A stretch of 64,000 nt of DNA, taken from Verrucomicrobiaceae bacterium (GTDB lineage: Bacteria > Verrucomicrobiota > Verrucomicrobiia > Verrucomicrobiales > Akkermansiaceae). Below the pieces are notes generated by a model, which was not told the origin of the DNA, made no database searches, and saw only the letters and a program-made list of their open reading frames with translations. The translations under genes were made by a program, and so were the position numbers. Below are positions 51,087 through 62,648 of this stretch, one piece after another (the stretch's first letter is position 1; each line of letters begins with the position of its first letter). The stretch is from the NCBI GenBank assembly GCA_051252135.1, contig JBPOGH010000015.1, positions 32,001-96,000 on the forward strand. Direction: 5' to 3'.

Positions 51087-52486
51087 TGCACACCCTCCTC
51101 ATCGTAGACGACGAAAAAGCCACCCGTGATGCCCTCCGCATGGCTCTGGAGGATGCCTTCGATTGCTACCTCGCAGCTGATCTCGCCCAAGCCACCCAGG
51201 TTCTCAAGACCGAGGATGTCGACCTTCTCCTCACCGATCTCCGCCTCGGCGGAGACTCCGGCATGGAAGTCCTCGATGTCGCCCTTTCCCTGCCCCAGCC
51301 TCCCGTCTCTGTCATGATGACCGCATACGGCTCGGTCGACACCGCCGTGGAAGCCATGCGCCGGGGCGCCTGGCACTTCGTCACCAAACCTCTCAATCTC
51401 GACGAGGTCGAACTCCTCCTCAAACGCGCCGTCCGCAACCGGTCCCTCGAAAAGGAAAACAAACAACTCGTCGTCGAAAACGAGACCCTCAAGAAATCCT
51501 CCGGCAAAAAAGCCCACGGCATCGACCGCCTCATCGGCAAATCCGCACCCATGGAGCGCATCGCCGAAAAGATCGAGCAAATCGCCCCCACCCGCGCCAC
51601 CGTTCTGATCGAAGGAGAATCCGGAACCGGTAAGGAGGTCGTCGCCCACGCCCTTCACGACCTCTCGGGTCGACCGAAGGAAAAATTCGTCGCCGTCAAC
51701 TGCGCCGCCCTTTCCCCCCAACTCCTCGAGTCGGAACTCTTCGGACACGAAAAAGGGGCCTTCACCGGTGCCACCCAACGTCGCATTGGCCGCTTCGAAC
51801 AAGCTCATGGAGGCACCCTCTTCCTCGATGAAATCGGAGAAATCGATCAAGCAACCCAGGTCAAACTCCTCCGCGTCCTCTCCGAGCGCACCTTCGAGCG
51901 CGTCGGCGCCAACACCCCCGTCGAGATCGATGTCCGCGTCATCACTGCCACCAACAAGCACCTTGCCGACCTTGTCGAAAAAGGTGAATTCCGTGAAGAT
52001 CTCTATTTTCGACTCAACGTTCTCTCCATCAACATGCCCCCGCTCCGTGAACGCCGGGAAGATATCGCCATCCTCGCCAACTCGTTTTGTCAGGAATTCG
52101 CTCTCGAGAATAACCGCCCCATCAAGCCCCTTACCGACTCCGCACTCGCCCAACTGATCCGGTATCCATGGCCCGGAAATGTCCGCGAACTCCGCACCGC
52201 CATTGAGCATGCCGTCGTCATGTCGAACCAAGACACCCTTGATCTTTACCATCTCCCTGACTTCCTCGCCGGCTCCGCAACACCTCTTGAACGTCAATCA
52301 GATAAAAACACCCTTGCTCCTGTCGACGAATTCAACTTGCATGCCCTCGAGCAGCGCGCAATCCGCGGAGCACTCGGCGCCACCAAGGGAAACCGAACCA
52401 AGGCAGCCGAACTCCTCGGCATTAGCCGCCGCACCCTTCAACGAAAACTCCGCGACGCGCCCCCTAACGAGAGCCAAGCAATATGA
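51086..52486 (+). CDS. Sigma-54-dependent response regulator (NtrC family)
   Basis: Receiver domain, GESGTGKE, ESELFGHEKGAFTGA, WPGNVREL, Fis-type HTH. Confidence 0.95.
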   Translation: MHTLLIVDDEKATRDALRMALEDAFDCYLAADLAQATQVLKTEDVDLLLTDLRLGGDSGMEVLDVALSLPQPPVSVMMTAYGSVDTAVEAMRRGAWHFVTKPLNLDEVELLLKRAVRNRSLEKENKQLVVENETLKKSSGKKAHGIDRLIGKSAPMERIAEKIEQIAPTRATVLIEGESGTGKEVVAHALHDLSGRPKEKFVAVNCAALSPQLLESELFGHEKGAFTGATQRRIGRFEQAHGGTLFLDEIGEIDQATQVKLLRVLSERTFERVGANTPVEIDVRVITATNKHLADLVEKGEFREDLYFRLNVLSINMPPLRERREDIAILANSFCQEFALENNRPIKPLTDSALAQLIRYPWPGNVRELRTAIEHAVVMSNQDTLDLYHLPDFLAGSATPLERQSDKNTLAPVDEFNLHALEQRAIRGALGATKGNRTKAAELLGISRRTLQRKLRDAPPNESQAI

Positions 52487-54306
52487 GCAAAAAAGATAAC
52501 ATCGGTGGAAACAAAGACACCGCCATCCTGATCCGCCGACTCCTTTTCTTCGTCCTGCTGTTCAGCCTCGTCTTTCTTTACCTCATGATTTCCTTCCGGG
52601 GAATCTCCTCTCCCAAGGGAATGGAGCAGGCTCAAATTGGCCGGGAAATCGCCCGCGGCAATGATTTCACCACCAAAGTCATTCGTCCTGCGGCCATCTG
52701 GCAGGCCGAGAAAACAGAAAGCGGAGTCGTTGAACTGGACCAGTTCTACGACACCTATCACTCCCCTCTCAACCCCTTCGTCTACGCCGCCGTTCTCAAA
52801 ATGGTCGGTGGGGATGACTTCGACAAATTCCAAATGGTCGAGGACCAACGGACGATTTACCAACTCGATCGCGTCATCGCCGCAATTTCCGTCATCTGCT
52901 TCCTCATCGCCATCGGCGTCAACTACCTCCTGATCTCCCGTATTTTCGACGTCAAGATCGCCGGCGTAACCGCCCTCCTGATGGCCCTGAGTGACCTGAT
53001 GTGGTCCTTCACCCATACCGGGCTTCCCCAGATGCTGATGCTTCTCCTTTTCTCCTGCGCCCTCTTCTTCGTCTACCGCGCGCTCGAATCCACCATCGAG
53101 GGAAATGTCGCCATCGGATCCGTTCTCGTCGCCTCCGTCTTCTTTGCCCTCCTCGCCCTCTCCCACTGGCTCAGCATCTGGATCACCATCGGATTCATCA
53201 TTTACGCCGCCTTCTTCTTCCGCCCCCGGGGTGTCGCCGCTCTGGCCACCATCGGCATCCTCCTAGTATTCAGTCTCTACTTTGTCGGTCGGAACATCGA
53301 ATGGACCGGTTCACCTGCCGGAACCGCCGGACTCTCCCTCTACGGCGGCCTGATCGACTCGGAAGAGGGTATCATGAGAACGATCGATCCCAGCGATGAA
53401 ACATATGCGGTGATCTACAACATCAACTCCCTCATTCTGAATACCTTCCGGAACATCCTCATTCAGACCAACCAACTCTATACCAACTTCGGAGCCATCA
53501 TCGCGGCACCGATCTTCTTCTTCGCCCTCCTCCACCCTTTCAAACGGGCTTCCATCGCCCGATTCCGCTGGATTGTCCTCATGATGTGGGTCTCCGGAGC
53601 ATTGGGCATGGCGATCTTTGGACTCTCTGTCAGTCCAACCGATCCCAACCAACTGCACATCCTCTTCGCTCCCATCATGTCGGCCTACGGCCTGGCCTTC
53701 CTCTCCATCATTTGGAGCCGTCTGGAACTCCCGTCGGGGAGCGGCGTCCTTCGTAACGGACACTTCATTCTTGTCGTTCTCATTAGTGCCGGTCCCCTGA
53801 TGCTCACCATCCCCAACACGATCAGATCGGGGCTTTCCAGCTCGGCCGACACCAAACGCCCGGTATGGCCGCCCTACTGGCCTTCACTCCTGAGCAGAAC
53901 CCTCCACAACGCCACCGAAGAAGATGATCTCATTGTCTCCGATCAACCTTGGGCCGTTGCTTGGTATGCCGACCGCCGCTCCATCTGGATTCCCAAACGC
54001 ACCGAGGAATTCGAAGCACTGGAGAAAATGGCCGAAGACCAAAAATTAACCATCTCCGGAATCCTGATGAGCCCCGTCTCCTTCTCAGGCAATCCCCTTT
54101 ACCAATCCCAGGGCTACGGCGCCGGTGATGATTTCGCCGCCCTCAGTCTGGACGGCCCCGCTCTCACCGCCACCAGAGGCGGAGTTCGCAGCCTCCGCGA
54201 CCAGGCACCCCATCTCTCCGGGATCAATGCCCGCTACCCCCACCCCCGCCCTCTCTTCCCTGGTCGGATCATTTATTACTCCGCCAAGCCGGTTGTCGAC
54301 CAGTAA
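52483..54306 (+). CDS. GT-C fold (GT39/ArnT-like) integral membrane glycosyltransferase-like protein
   Basis: N-terminal TM plus periplasmic loop (EQAQIGREIARG, YHSPLNP); >10 TM segments; SDQPWAVAWY. Confidence 0.65.
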   Translation: MSKKDNIGGNKDTAILIRRLLFFVLLFSLVFLYLMISFRGISSPKGMEQAQIGREIARGNDFTTKVIRPAAIWQAEKTESGVVELDQFYDTYHSPLNPFVYAAVLKMVGGDDFDKFQMVEDQRTIYQLDRVIAAISVICFLIAIGVNYLLISRIFDVKIAGVTALLMALSDLMWSFTHTGLPQMLMLLLFSCALFFVYRALESTIEGNVAIGSVLVASVFFALLALSHWLSIWITIGFIIYAAFFFRPRGVAALATIGILLVFSLYFVGRNIEWTGSPAGTAGLSLYGGLIDSEEGIMRTIDPSDETYAVIYNINSLILNTFRNILIQTNQLYTNFGAIIAAPIFFFALLHPFKRASIARFRWIVLMMWVSGALGMAIFGLSVSPTDPNQLHILFAPIMSAYGLAFLSIIWSRLELPSGSGVLRNGHFILVVLISAGPLMLTIPNTIRSGLSSSADTKRPVWPPYWPSLLSRTLHNATEEDDLIVSDQPWAVAWYADRRSIWIPKRTEEFEALEKMAEDQKLTISGILMSPVSFSGNPLYQSQGYGAGDDFAALSLDGPALTATRGGVRSLRDQAPHLSGINARYPHPRPLFPGRIIYYSAKPVVDQ

Positions 54307-54315
54307 GCCCCGGCC

Positions 54316-54612
54316 ATGGCCAGCAAAAAAAAGATAGAAGAAGCCCCCGTCGCAGCCTCCTTTGAGGACGCGATCGAAGAGCTTGATGAACTGACCGAGC
54401 GCCTCGCCCACGAGCCCGAATCATTGGGCGCGATGATCGACGACTACGAGCGCGGACAGCAACTTATCCACTACTGCCACGAGGCCCTCAAACTCGCCCG
54501 CAAACGAATCACCACCATCCAGGCATCCCTTCAGGATAACTCTCCCGATGACGATGAACCTGAATCCAAAGACTCTCCTTCCGACGAAAACGACGATGTC
54601 CGACTTTTCTAA
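54316..54612 (+). CDS. xseB: Exodeoxyribonuclease VII small subunit
   Basis: SFEDAIEELDEL...YERGQQLIHYCHEAL; located next to dxs. Confidence 0.85.
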   Translation: MASKKKIEEAPVAASFEDAIEELDELTERLAHEPESLGAMIDDYERGQQLIHYCHEALKLARKRITTIQASLQDNSPDDDEPESKDSPSDENDDVRLF

Positions 54613-56473
54613 AAAACCGCTACTCGCCTCCATTCAACATCCGGACGATCTCAAAAAGATCGACCTCGATTCCTTGCCTGAACTGGCCGAGGAAATCCGT
54701 GATGTTCTGATCAGCTCACTCTCGAAGTCCGGAGGCCACCTCGGCCCCAATCTGGGCGTCGTCGAACTCTCAATCGCCCTTCATCGCGTTTTTGAATCTC
54801 CCAAGGACAAGTTCCTCTTCGACGTCTCCCATCAGGGATATGTCCACAAAATGCTCACCGGCCGTGCCCGGCAGATCGACACCATCCGCCAATACGAGGG
54901 CCTCAACGGTTTCCTCCTTCGTACCGAATCCGAGCACGACTGCTACGGGGCCGGACATGCCGGAACCGCCATTTCTGCCGCCTTGGGCATGGCTTCTGCC
55001 CGTGACCTCAAAGGAGAGGACAATCACGTCGTCGCTGTCGCCGGAGATGCCGCCTTCACCTGCGGGCCCACTCTTGAAGCTCTCAATAACATCGCCGAAA
55101 CCACGGATCGCTGCATCGTCATCCTCAACGACAACGAGTGGTCCATCGACCGCAATGTCGGCGCAATGGCGAAGTACTTTAACGACCTTCAGACCCATTC
55201 CATCTATTCAGGCATCAGGGATAAGGCTGCCCAATTCGTTGAAAAAATCGCCGGCAGCAAAGTTCGCGATTTCGCTCATAAAATCGAGCGCAACGCCAAG
55301 AACATGCTCGTTCCCAACGTCCTCTTTGAAAAATTCGGACTCCGCTACTTCGGCCCCATCGACGGACACGACCTCCCTCTCCTGATCAAAACCCTGGAGT
55401 TCCTCAAGAAGCAGGACGAGCCCGTCATCCTCCACATTATCACCGAAAAAGGCCGTGGCTATCAGCCCGCCCTCGACAAGCCCGGTAAATTTCATGGCCT
55501 CGGGCCTTACAATGTCGAAGACGGATCCACCGCTTCCACCGCCCCCACCTTTTCCGAGCTCTTCGGCCGCGCCGTCACCGACTTCGCCAAGGAAGACAAA
55601 AGAATCACCGCCATCACCGCCGCCATGCCCGGTGGCACCAAACTGGAAACCTTCAAGAAAGAGCTCCCCGAGCGCTACTTCGATACCGGCATTGCCGAGG
55701 AACACGCAGCCCTGTTCGCTTGCGGACACGCCGCAGAGGGCCTCCGCCCCTTCCTCGCCATCTACTCCACCTTCATGCAGCGCGCCTATGACATGATCAT
55801 CCATGACATGGCCCTCCAAAAGCTCCCCGTCCGTCTCTGCATGGACCGCGGCGGCCTTTCCGGCGACGACGGCCCCACTCACCACGGCCTCTTCGATATC
55901 GGCTACCTCCGCCATGTCCCCGACCTCGTTCACATGCAGCCGAAGGATGAAGATGAATTCATCGACATGCTCTGGACCATGGCGAACTACGACAAAGGCC
56001 CCATCGCCATCCGCTACCCACGTGGCAATGGTCCCGGTGCCCAAATCAAAGACAAGCCCGCTCTCCTCGAGATCGGTCAGGCCGAAGTCCTCCAGGAAGG
56101 CACCGACGTTTGCCTCATTCCTCTGGGAACCATGATGGAGCTGGCTCTTAAAACCAAGGAAACCCTCGAAGCCAAGGGCCTCTCGGTCTCCCTCATCAAC
56201 CCCCGTTGGATCAAGCCGCTCGATGCCGCAACCATCACGCGCCTCGCCTCAAAGTCGAAAGTCGTATGCACCTTCGAGGATCACGTCCTCTCCAACGGCT
56301 TCGGTGCCTCCATCATCGAGCTTCTTCACGACAGCAAGATCGATGCAACCGTCGAACGCATCGGCTGGCCCGATGAATTCGTCGAGCATGGCAAACCGGA
56401 GATTCTACGGGAAAAACACGGCCTCACCTCGGAAGCCGCCACCAACAAGGTGCTCGCGCACTTTCCCTCCTAA
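54596..56473 (+). CDS. dxs: 1-deoxy-D-xylulose-5-phosphate synthase
   Basis: GGHLGPNLGVVEL, AGHAGT, GDAA...ND, GIAEEH, DRGGLSGDDGPTH, IRYPRG. Confidence 0.97.
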   Translation: MSDFSKKPLLASIQHPDDLKKIDLDSLPELAEEIRDVLISSLSKSGGHLGPNLGVVELSIALHRVFESPKDKFLFDVSHQGYVHKMLTGRARQIDTIRQYEGLNGFLLRTESEHDCYGAGHAGTAISAALGMASARDLKGEDNHVVAVAGDAAFTCGPTLEALNNIAETTDRCIVILNDNEWSIDRNVGAMAKYFNDLQTHSIYSGIRDKAAQFVEKIAGSKVRDFAHKIERNAKNMLVPNVLFEKFGLRYFGPIDGHDLPLLIKTLEFLKKQDEPVILHIITEKGRGYQPALDKPGKFHGLGPYNVEDGSTASTAPTFSELFGRAVTDFAKEDKRITAITAAMPGGTKLETFKKELPERYFDTGIAEEHAALFACGHAAEGLRPFLAIYSTFMQRAYDMIIHDMALQKLPVRLCMDRGGLSGDDGPTHHGLFDIGYLRHVPDLVHMQPKDEDEFIDMLWTMANYDKGPIAIRYPRGNGPGAQIKDKPALLEIGQAEVLQEGTDVCLIPLGTMMELALKTKETLEAKGLSVSLINPRWIKPLDAATITRLASKSKVVCTFEDHVLSNGFGASIIELLHDSKIDATVERIGWPDEFVEHGKPEILREKHGLTSEAATNKVLAHFPS

Positions 56474-57738
56474 CGGATACTCCAGAGGTGCTTGGCACCG
56501 CGCAGGATCAGTGATCCATCAGCCACAATCGGCGAAGCGATAACAGCTTCGCCGATTCTATTTTCCGTGATCTCTCCCAACCCGTCATCCTTCACCTCCG
56601 CGATGATGACCACCCCATCCTCACGGGGACAGCAAAGCTGGTTCCCCACCAGGATCGGAGACGCGTAATAGGTGCTGGGCGATTTGGGCAGCTTGCCTTC
56701 CCAACGCGTATCGCCGGTCTTCGCATCCACGCAGAGCACGAGCCCGCGATCCTTACCCCGATCGACCAACAAATAAACTTTCCCATCCCGCGCAACAGGC
56801 GTTGCCGCATCCGGCGCATGCACCTCCTTACGCCAAAGAACGCGCTCCTTCGTCACATCGCCACTCCCTCCGGCCTTGATCCCCATCAGATACTCTCCCC
56901 GGCCATGTGGCACCACCACGATCCCCTCGGTCACCACCGAGGAAGCAATGGTCCGCCACATCCCCTTCGTCTCAGGATTGATCCCACCGCAAGTCCACAA
57001 AAGCTTCCCCGTCTTGGCTTCATGTCCGGTGACATGGTCTGCTCCAAAGCTGATCACCGTCTCCACCCCATCCACCTCAACCACATGCGGCGTGGTGTAA
57101 CTATCCCCGGATTCCTTCTCAGTCTCAATATTACGATCGGTCTTCCACACCTCCTCACCCGACTTGGGATCAAGAGCCACCAGATAGGAGTTCCCCTCCG
57201 TCTGCATCACCGCGATCACTACATTCCCCCCGGCCATCACCGGTGAAGTCCCCTGATCCCACCAAAGGTGATCCTTGCCGTATTTCTCCTGCAAATTGAC
57301 TTCCCACTGCTTCTTCCCCTCCAAATCGGCACAAAGTACCCGACCTGATTTAAAATATCCGATCACCCGTTCTCCATCGCTAACAGGCGATGAATTCGAT
57401 CCGCTCCCCACCCTCTGGCCCCGGCCCGGCGTTTGCTTACCCGAAACCAACCGCCAGCGCTCCTTGCCCTTGAGATCATAAGAAATCAGAGCATCGTTAC
57501 CGTCAATCGGACTGGTCAAATAAAGCGCACCCCCCACTTCGATCGGTGTCGAGCACCCCCGGTCCGGAAGCTCAGCCTTCCACGAAACCCCACTCCCGTC
57601 CGCCGAAAAGCTCTTCGCAATCACTCCTTTATCCAGCGAACCATTCCCGTTCGGTCCCCGCCACGAGTTCCATTCCGCACCAGCCACGGAAATAAGAATG
57701 GAAGTGACCGCAATTGCAGATGTGAGCGAAGATTTCAT
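56470..57738 (-). CDS. PQQ-binding-like beta-propeller repeat protein
   Basis: Signal peptide; WNSWRGPNGNG; repeated SP...ALD..G...W blades. Confidence 0.88.
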   Translation of the reverse strand: MKSSLTSAIAVTSILISVAGAEWNSWRGPNGNGSLDKGVIAKSFSADGSGVSWKAELPDRGCSTPIEVGGALYLTSPIDGNDALISYDLKGKERWRLVSGKQTPGRGQRVGSGSNSSPVSDGERVIGYFKSGRVLCADLEGKKQWEVNLQEKYGKDHLWWDQGTSPVMAGGNVVIAVMQTEGNSYLVALDPKSGEEVWKTDRNIETEKESGDSYTTPHVVEVDGVETVISFGADHVTGHEAKTGKLLWTCGGINPETKGMWRTIASSVVTEGIVVVPHGRGEYLMGIKAGGSGDVTKERVLWRKEVHAPDAATPVARDGKVYLLVDRGKDRGLVLCVDAKTGDTRWEGKLPKSPSTYYASPILVGNQLCCPREDGVVIIAEVKDDGLGEITENRIGEAVIASPIVADGSLILRGAKHLWSIR

Positions 57739-57827
57739 CCGCCCAACCTATCTCGACCTGCGCGCTCTCCAAGCAAGAAATCCAGTCTCGGGCTGGTCCT
57801 CTCCCCCTCTTTCGCTATCATCCTTTC

Positions 57828-58799
57828 GTGGATAAGTTGGCATTGGCAAAAAGCGTCATCAAAACCGAGATCGCAGCACTCGAAAGGCTCATCGAAAATC
57901 TCGATGAACAGTTCACCAACGCCGTGGACTCACTGCAGGAGACCCTCGCCGCCCGCTCCAAGATCGTCGTCGCCGGCATCGGTAAATCCGGAAACATCGG
58001 ACATAAGATCGCCGCCACCCTCACCTCAACCGGAGCCACGTCCGTTGTCCTCAATTCCCAAAACGCCCTTCACGGCGACCTCGGACTCCTCTCCGATGGC
58101 GACGCCGTCATCCTTCTCTCTCAATCCGGCGAAACCGAAGAGCTCCTCAACCTCCTTCCCTACATCAAGCGATACCAGGTCAGCATCATCACCCTGACCG
58201 GCAAGCCAGACTCCACCCTCGGCAAAAATAGCGACTTCATCCTCAACACCAGCGTCCCCCGCGAGGCCTGCCCTCTCAACCTCGCCCCCACCTCATCCTC
58301 CACCGCCATGCTCGCCATGGGAGACGCCCTCGCCATGGTCCTCCTCGAAGCTCGCGGCTTCACCGAAGCGGATTTTGCCAAATTCCACCCCGGAGGCAGC
58401 CTCGGTCGCGCCCTTCTCATCCGCGTCTCCGAGATCATGCGTAGCGGGGACCACCTCGCTATCGTCACTCCCGTCGCCACCGTTCAGGAAGCTCTCGCCG
58501 CCATGACCGCAAAACGCTCCGGAGCCTGCCTCGTCCTCACCGGAGACGATCTCCTCGCTGGCATCTTCACTCATGGTGACTTCGCCCGCGCCTTCCAGAA
58601 TGAACCTCAATTGGGGGCATTACCCGTCTCCAACTACATGACGGCCAATCCCGTCACCGTCTCGGCAGACGCCATCGCAGCCGAAGCCGTAGCCACCATC
58701 GGCAGCAAAAAAATCGACGACGTCGTCGTCGTCGATGCCACCGGCAAGCCCGTCGGCATCATCGACTCGCAGGATTTCGCCCGGCACAAGATCATCTAA
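57828..58799 (+). CDS. kdsD: Arabinose-5-phosphate isomerase (KpsF/GutQ, SIS plus CBS)
   Basis: [31 protein letters not shown]. Confidence 0.92.
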   Translation: MDKLALAKSVIKTEIAALERLIENLDEQFTNAVDSLQETLAARSKIVVAGIGKSGNIGHKIAATLTSTGATSVVLNSQNALHGDLGLLSDGDAVILLSQSGETEELLNLLPYIKRYQVSIITLTGKPDSTLGKNSDFILNTSVPREACPLNLAPTSSSTAMLAMGDALAMVLLEARGFTEADFAKFHPGGSLGRALLIRVSEIMRSGDHLAIVTPVATVQEALAAMTAKRSGACLVLTGDDLLAGIFTHGDFARAFQNEPQLGALPVSNYMTANPVTVSADAIAAEAVATIGSKKIDDVVVVDATGKPVGIIDSQDFARHKII

Positions 58800-60013
58800 C
58801 CGATAAAGATCCCCGCCAGCGCCGCACTCGTCAGATTGGCCAGCGTTGCCGCAAAAACCGCCCGTAATCCCATCCGCGCGATCTCAGGCCTCCGGCTCGG
58901 TGCCATCACTCCCAACCCTCCAAGGAGAATCGCGATCGATGACAGATTGGCGAAACCGCAAAGCGCAAACACCACGATCCCCTGGGTCCGGGGCGTCAGG
59001 GTCTCGTAGATCGCATGGTATTCCACAAAGGCCACAAACTCGTTGAGCACCAGCTTCTGCCCGATCAAACTCCCCACCTGCTGCAACTCGTTGGCCCCCA
59101 CCCCAAGCAGCCAGGCCACCGGCGAAAAGACTTTTCCCAGAATCAACTGAAGGCTCAATTGCCCATTTCCAAACCACCCTCCCATCGTCCCCAACAGGAG
59201 ATTCACCACCGCAATTAAACCAATAAAGGCCAACAACATCGCGCCCACATTAAGCGCCAGCTTCAGCCCGCTCGCCGCCCCCAGCGCCGCCGCATCAAAA
59301 ACATTCACCGGCGCCTCGTCCCCGTCCGCCAGACTAATCGGACCGTCATTGGGTCGATCCACCTCTGGCTTGAGCAGCTTGGCATACAGAAGCCCCGCAG
59401 GCGCCGCCATAAAGCACGCCGCCAAAAGATAATCCATCCGCGCTCCCAAGCCCGCATATCCCGCCAGCACCGACCCCGCAACACTCGCCAGGCCACCCAC
59501 CATCACTGCAAAAAGCTCGGACGAGGTCATCCGCGGCAAAAAAGGACGAATCACCAGCGGAGCCTCGGTCTGCCCCACAAAAATATTAGCCGAGGCCGAG
59601 AACGACTCCGCCCGACTCGTCCCCAGCAACTTCCGCAACCCTCCACCCACAAATCGAATCACCACCTGCATCACCTTGAGATGGTAGAGCACCGCGATCA
59701 GCGAAGAGAAAAAGATGATCACCGGCAGCACCCGGAACGCGAAAACAAATCCCACCGCTTCATCCCGCGCAATATCCCCAAAGAGAAACACAATCCCCTC
59801 CTGCCCCGCCAGGATCACCGCATTCACCACCCCCGTCAGCCACGTCAGCGCCATCTTCCCTTCTGCCGACCACAGCACCCACACCGCAATCATCACCTGA
59901 AGCGCAAACGCCCCTCCCACCGTCCGCCAACGAATCGCCTTCCGGTTCTCGGAAAAGGCATAACCAATCCCCAGCAGGACAAAAACCCCCAGCACACTGA
60001 TCCATCGCTCCAT
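58796..60013 (-). CDS. nupC: NupC/CNT-family nucleoside transporter
   Basis: [32 protein letters not shown]. Confidence 0.92.
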   Translation of the reverse strand: MERWISVLGVFVLLGIGYAFSENRKAIRWRTVGGAFALQVMIAVWVLWSAEGKMALTWLTGVVNAVILAGQEGIVFLFGDIARDEAVGFVFAFRVLPVIIFFSSLIAVLYHLKVMQVVIRFVGGGLRKLLGTSRAESFSASANIFVGQTEAPLVIRPFLPRMTSSELFAVMVGGLASVAGSVLAGYAGLGARMDYLLAACFMAAPAGLLYAKLLKPEVDRPNDGPISLADGDEAPVNVFDAAALGAASGLKLALNVGAMLLAFIGLIAVVNLLLGTMGGWFGNGQLSLQLILGKVFSPVAWLLGVGANELQQVGSLIGQKLVLNEFVAFVEYHAIYETLTPRTQGIVVFALCGFANLSSIAILLGGLGVMAPSRRPEIARMGLRAVFAATLANLTSAALAGIFIG

Positions 60014-60059
60014 GATCCCTATCGTCCCCAGTCTCGCGGGACATGTCGAGCAGCAGCAC

Positions 60060-60099
60060 AAAAAAAACCACCTCCGGAACACTCTCCGAAGGTGGTTTG
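60060..60099 (-). terminator. Terminator after bamA
   Basis: AAAAAAAACCACCT...AGGTGGTTT. Confidence 0.7.
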
Positions 60100-60116
60100 G
60101 TAAATTACGTCGCCTC

Positions 60117-62474
60117 TTAGAACTGGTAGTTCAAGTAGAAGTTAAACTGTCCACCCTTGTCCGCAACCGGATCGGGAGACTGCACCGGAATGGCCCAATC
60201 CACCGCCAGTGGACCGAAGGGCAAATCCAAACGCACACCCACACCCACGTCGCTCGCCAAATCGCTCGCACCGAAGTCCCACGATTCCTTGTTCACAAAA
60301 CCCATGTCGTAGAACACCGCACCTCGCACGGTGTCGACCAGCGGGAAGGTATACTCAAGGGAGGCAAACGCGCTCGTGTTACCACCCAGGACGTCTCCCG
60401 TTCCTCCGGGACCGTTGTCACGGGGCCCGATGTCGCGGAACTCAAAGCCACGAAGGTCACGCTGACCTCCCAGCATCTGGCGCTCAAAGATCGGCACCCC
60501 TTTGCTTCCGCTGAACTCATCCACCACATTCATCGCCCCACGCAGGGTCAGGATGGTGTCACCCGCAAGATTCCAGTGCTTGGAACCCGCTGCCGAGAAG
60601 GTGTAGGTGTCGACATCCCCACCGAGGAATCCTCCCGCAAGGGTCAGACCGACATCGAACTTGTGCCCTTTCCGCGGAGTCACGTTGCTGTCACGGCTGT
60701 CATAAACATAATTGACCCCAATCGAACTGCGCAGGAAATCTCCTCCGAGAGCCTTAAAGGCCGGACTCGTCGTCGCCTCGGGATCCACTTCGATATTCTC
60801 CAGACGATACTCACCCTTGATGTAGGCTTTCCGGCCCACCGGCTTACGGATGAACACCGATCCACCCACGTTGGTTTGATCATACTGGTCACTCAAGTAG
60901 AGCAAATCACGGTAGTAAAGTTCCGTTCCCAGCGAGAGCTTGCGACCCAAAAACCACGGCTCGGTCAGGGAAACCCGGAAGTCCTTCCGCTCCGTTCCCG
61001 CACGCAGGCTCATGTTGAAACGCTGACCCGCTCCCGTGAAGTTCCACGGATTGAAAAGGTTGAAGTTGGCCTGCTCCAGACTGATGAATCCCACCACGCT
61101 GTCGATCGAGCTCAGCCCCATCCCGAAGTTGATCGAACCCGTCTTCTTCTCGTCCACCAGGATGTTGACGTCACGGTATCCCGGCTGGCTGCTGCCACCA
61201 TTGGTCACCTGCACATCTGAGAAATAGTTGAGGTTCTGCAAGCGACGCTTCGTCGTCTCCAGATCCACCGAGTTGAAGTTCTCACCCGGACGCATCGGTA
61301 GCTCACGGCGAATCACCCGGTCCTGACTCTTCACGTTGCCCTGGATATTGACGCGACCCACTTTGAATCGGCGACCCGGAGTGACGCGGTAGAAAATGTT
61401 GACCCGATTCCCTTCCGCTTCACGCACATCGGGAACCACCGCCGCATCCGCGTAACCACGTGATCCGTAGTAGCTGCGAATCATCCGGATATCATCACGA
61501 ACCTTTCTCGAGGAATAAGGCATTCCCGCCACCAGACTCAGGGCAGGCTCCAGCTCCTCCGGCGTAAACACCTTGATCGAGGGGAATTTCACCGCATTCA
61601 CCGTGTATTTCGGACCTTCCTGAATCGGAATCACCAGATCAACCCGATCTCCCTTCACAGGAACACGCTGGGGAACCCCCACTTTCACCCGCCAGTAACC
61701 TTCGCTGCGATAGTAATCCGCGATCTTGTTCAAATCCTCATCCAGAGCCACCGTATCGATCCGGCCGGACTTCGTGAAGAAGGAGAACCATCCCTTTTGC
61801 TTCGTGTCCATCTCCTTGCGAAGGTCCGCATCCCGGAGAGCATTGTTTCCCTCAAAGCGAATCTTGCCCACCTCGCTCTTGTCTCCCTCATCCACCAGGA
61901 ACACCAGATCGGCATAACCCGGACGCTCGGTCGCCTGCAGGCGGTGCGATACCCCCACATCGGGATATCCGTATCCCTGATAAAGTTTCTCAATATTGCG
62001 ACGCGCCTCAAGAATCTGCTCGTCACTCAGAATCTGCCCGACTCCCAGCTTGGTCTCATTCGCCAGCTTCCGGTCGGAAAAGGTCGTGTTCCCGTCAAAG
62101 CCCAATCCGTTGATCAACGGGCGGGTCACCACTTCCGCGATCACCTTCACCCCGCCGGCCACACTCTCGGCATAGAATTGAATATCATCCACCAAGCCGC
62201 TGGAATAAAGGGTGCGAATGTCCTCGTCCAACATCGTCTGGCTGTAGCTCTTACCCGGAGACACCGCCATGTGGGTCCGCAGACGCGCTTCGTTCACCGT
62301 CTTGGCGCCCCGATAACGGATCGTCACATCCTTGACGGTCTTCCCTTCAAACTGACCTGCCTCCAGCAGAAAATTCTGCCCGGAGGCTGTCGGGACAAAG
62401 CTCGGAGCGGTCGATAGGACCACCCCCACTCCGAGTAGGAAGACTGCGCGTTGCGCTAAAAAACGTAAGGACAT
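60117..62474 (-). CDS. bamA: Outer membrane protein assembly factor BamA
   Basis: Five POTRA-like units, LRGF motif, C-terminal YLNYQF. Confidence 0.93.
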   Translation of the reverse strand: MSLRFLAQRAVFLLGVGVVLSTAPSFVPTASGQNFLLEAGQFEGKTVKDVTIRYRGAKTVNEARLRTHMAVSPGKSYSQTMLDEDIRTLYSSGLVDDIQFYAESVAGGVKVIAEVVTRPLINGLGFDGNTTFSDRKLANETKLGVGQILSDEQILEARRNIEKLYQGYGYPDVGVSHRLQATERPGYADLVFLVDEGDKSEVGKIRFEGNNALRDADLRKEMDTKQKGWFSFFTKSGRIDTVALDEDLNKIADYYRSEGYWRVKVGVPQRVPVKGDRVDLVIPIQEGPKYTVNAVKFPSIKVFTPEELEPALSLVAGMPYSSRKVRDDIRMIRSYYGSRGYADAAVVPDVREAEGNRVNIFYRVTPGRRFKVGRVNIQGNVKSQDRVIRRELPMRPGENFNSVDLETTKRRLQNLNYFSDVQVTNGGSSQPGYRDVNILVDEKKTGSINFGMGLSSIDSVVGFISLEQANFNLFNPWNFTGAGQRFNMSLRAGTERKDFRVSLTEPWFLGRKLSLGTELYYRDLLYLSDQYDQTNVGGSVFIRKPVGRKAYIKGEYRLENIEVDPEATTSPAFKALGGDFLRSSIGVNYVYDSRDSNVTPRKGHKFDVGLTLAGGFLGGDVDTYTFSAAGSKHWNLAGDTILTLRGAMNVVDEFSGSKGVPIFERQMLGGQRDLRGFEFRDIGPRDNGPGGTGDVLGGNTSAFASLEYTFPLVDTVRGAVFYDMGFVNKESWDFGASDLASDVGVGVRLDLPFGPLAVDWAIPVQSPDPVADKGGQFNFYLNYQF

Positions 62475-62587
62475 GGGTATAGTGTAAAAATGCTGGGGAA
62501 TTACGCACATCAGCCCCCCGCCACGTCAAGAGGAATGAAACACCTTCCCTCAGGACTTATCCCCAAAAAAATCCCCTTCCCCCTCCC

Positions 62588-62616
62588 TTGACCTCTCTCA
62601 AGTTCCTCACTAGCGT
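62588..62616 (+). promoter_or_regulatory. Candidate sigma70 promoter of tig
   Basis: TTGACC-17 bp-TAGCGT. Confidence 0.5.
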
Positions 62617-62648
62617 CTCGCCCGCATCACTAACGATTAAAAATTTTC

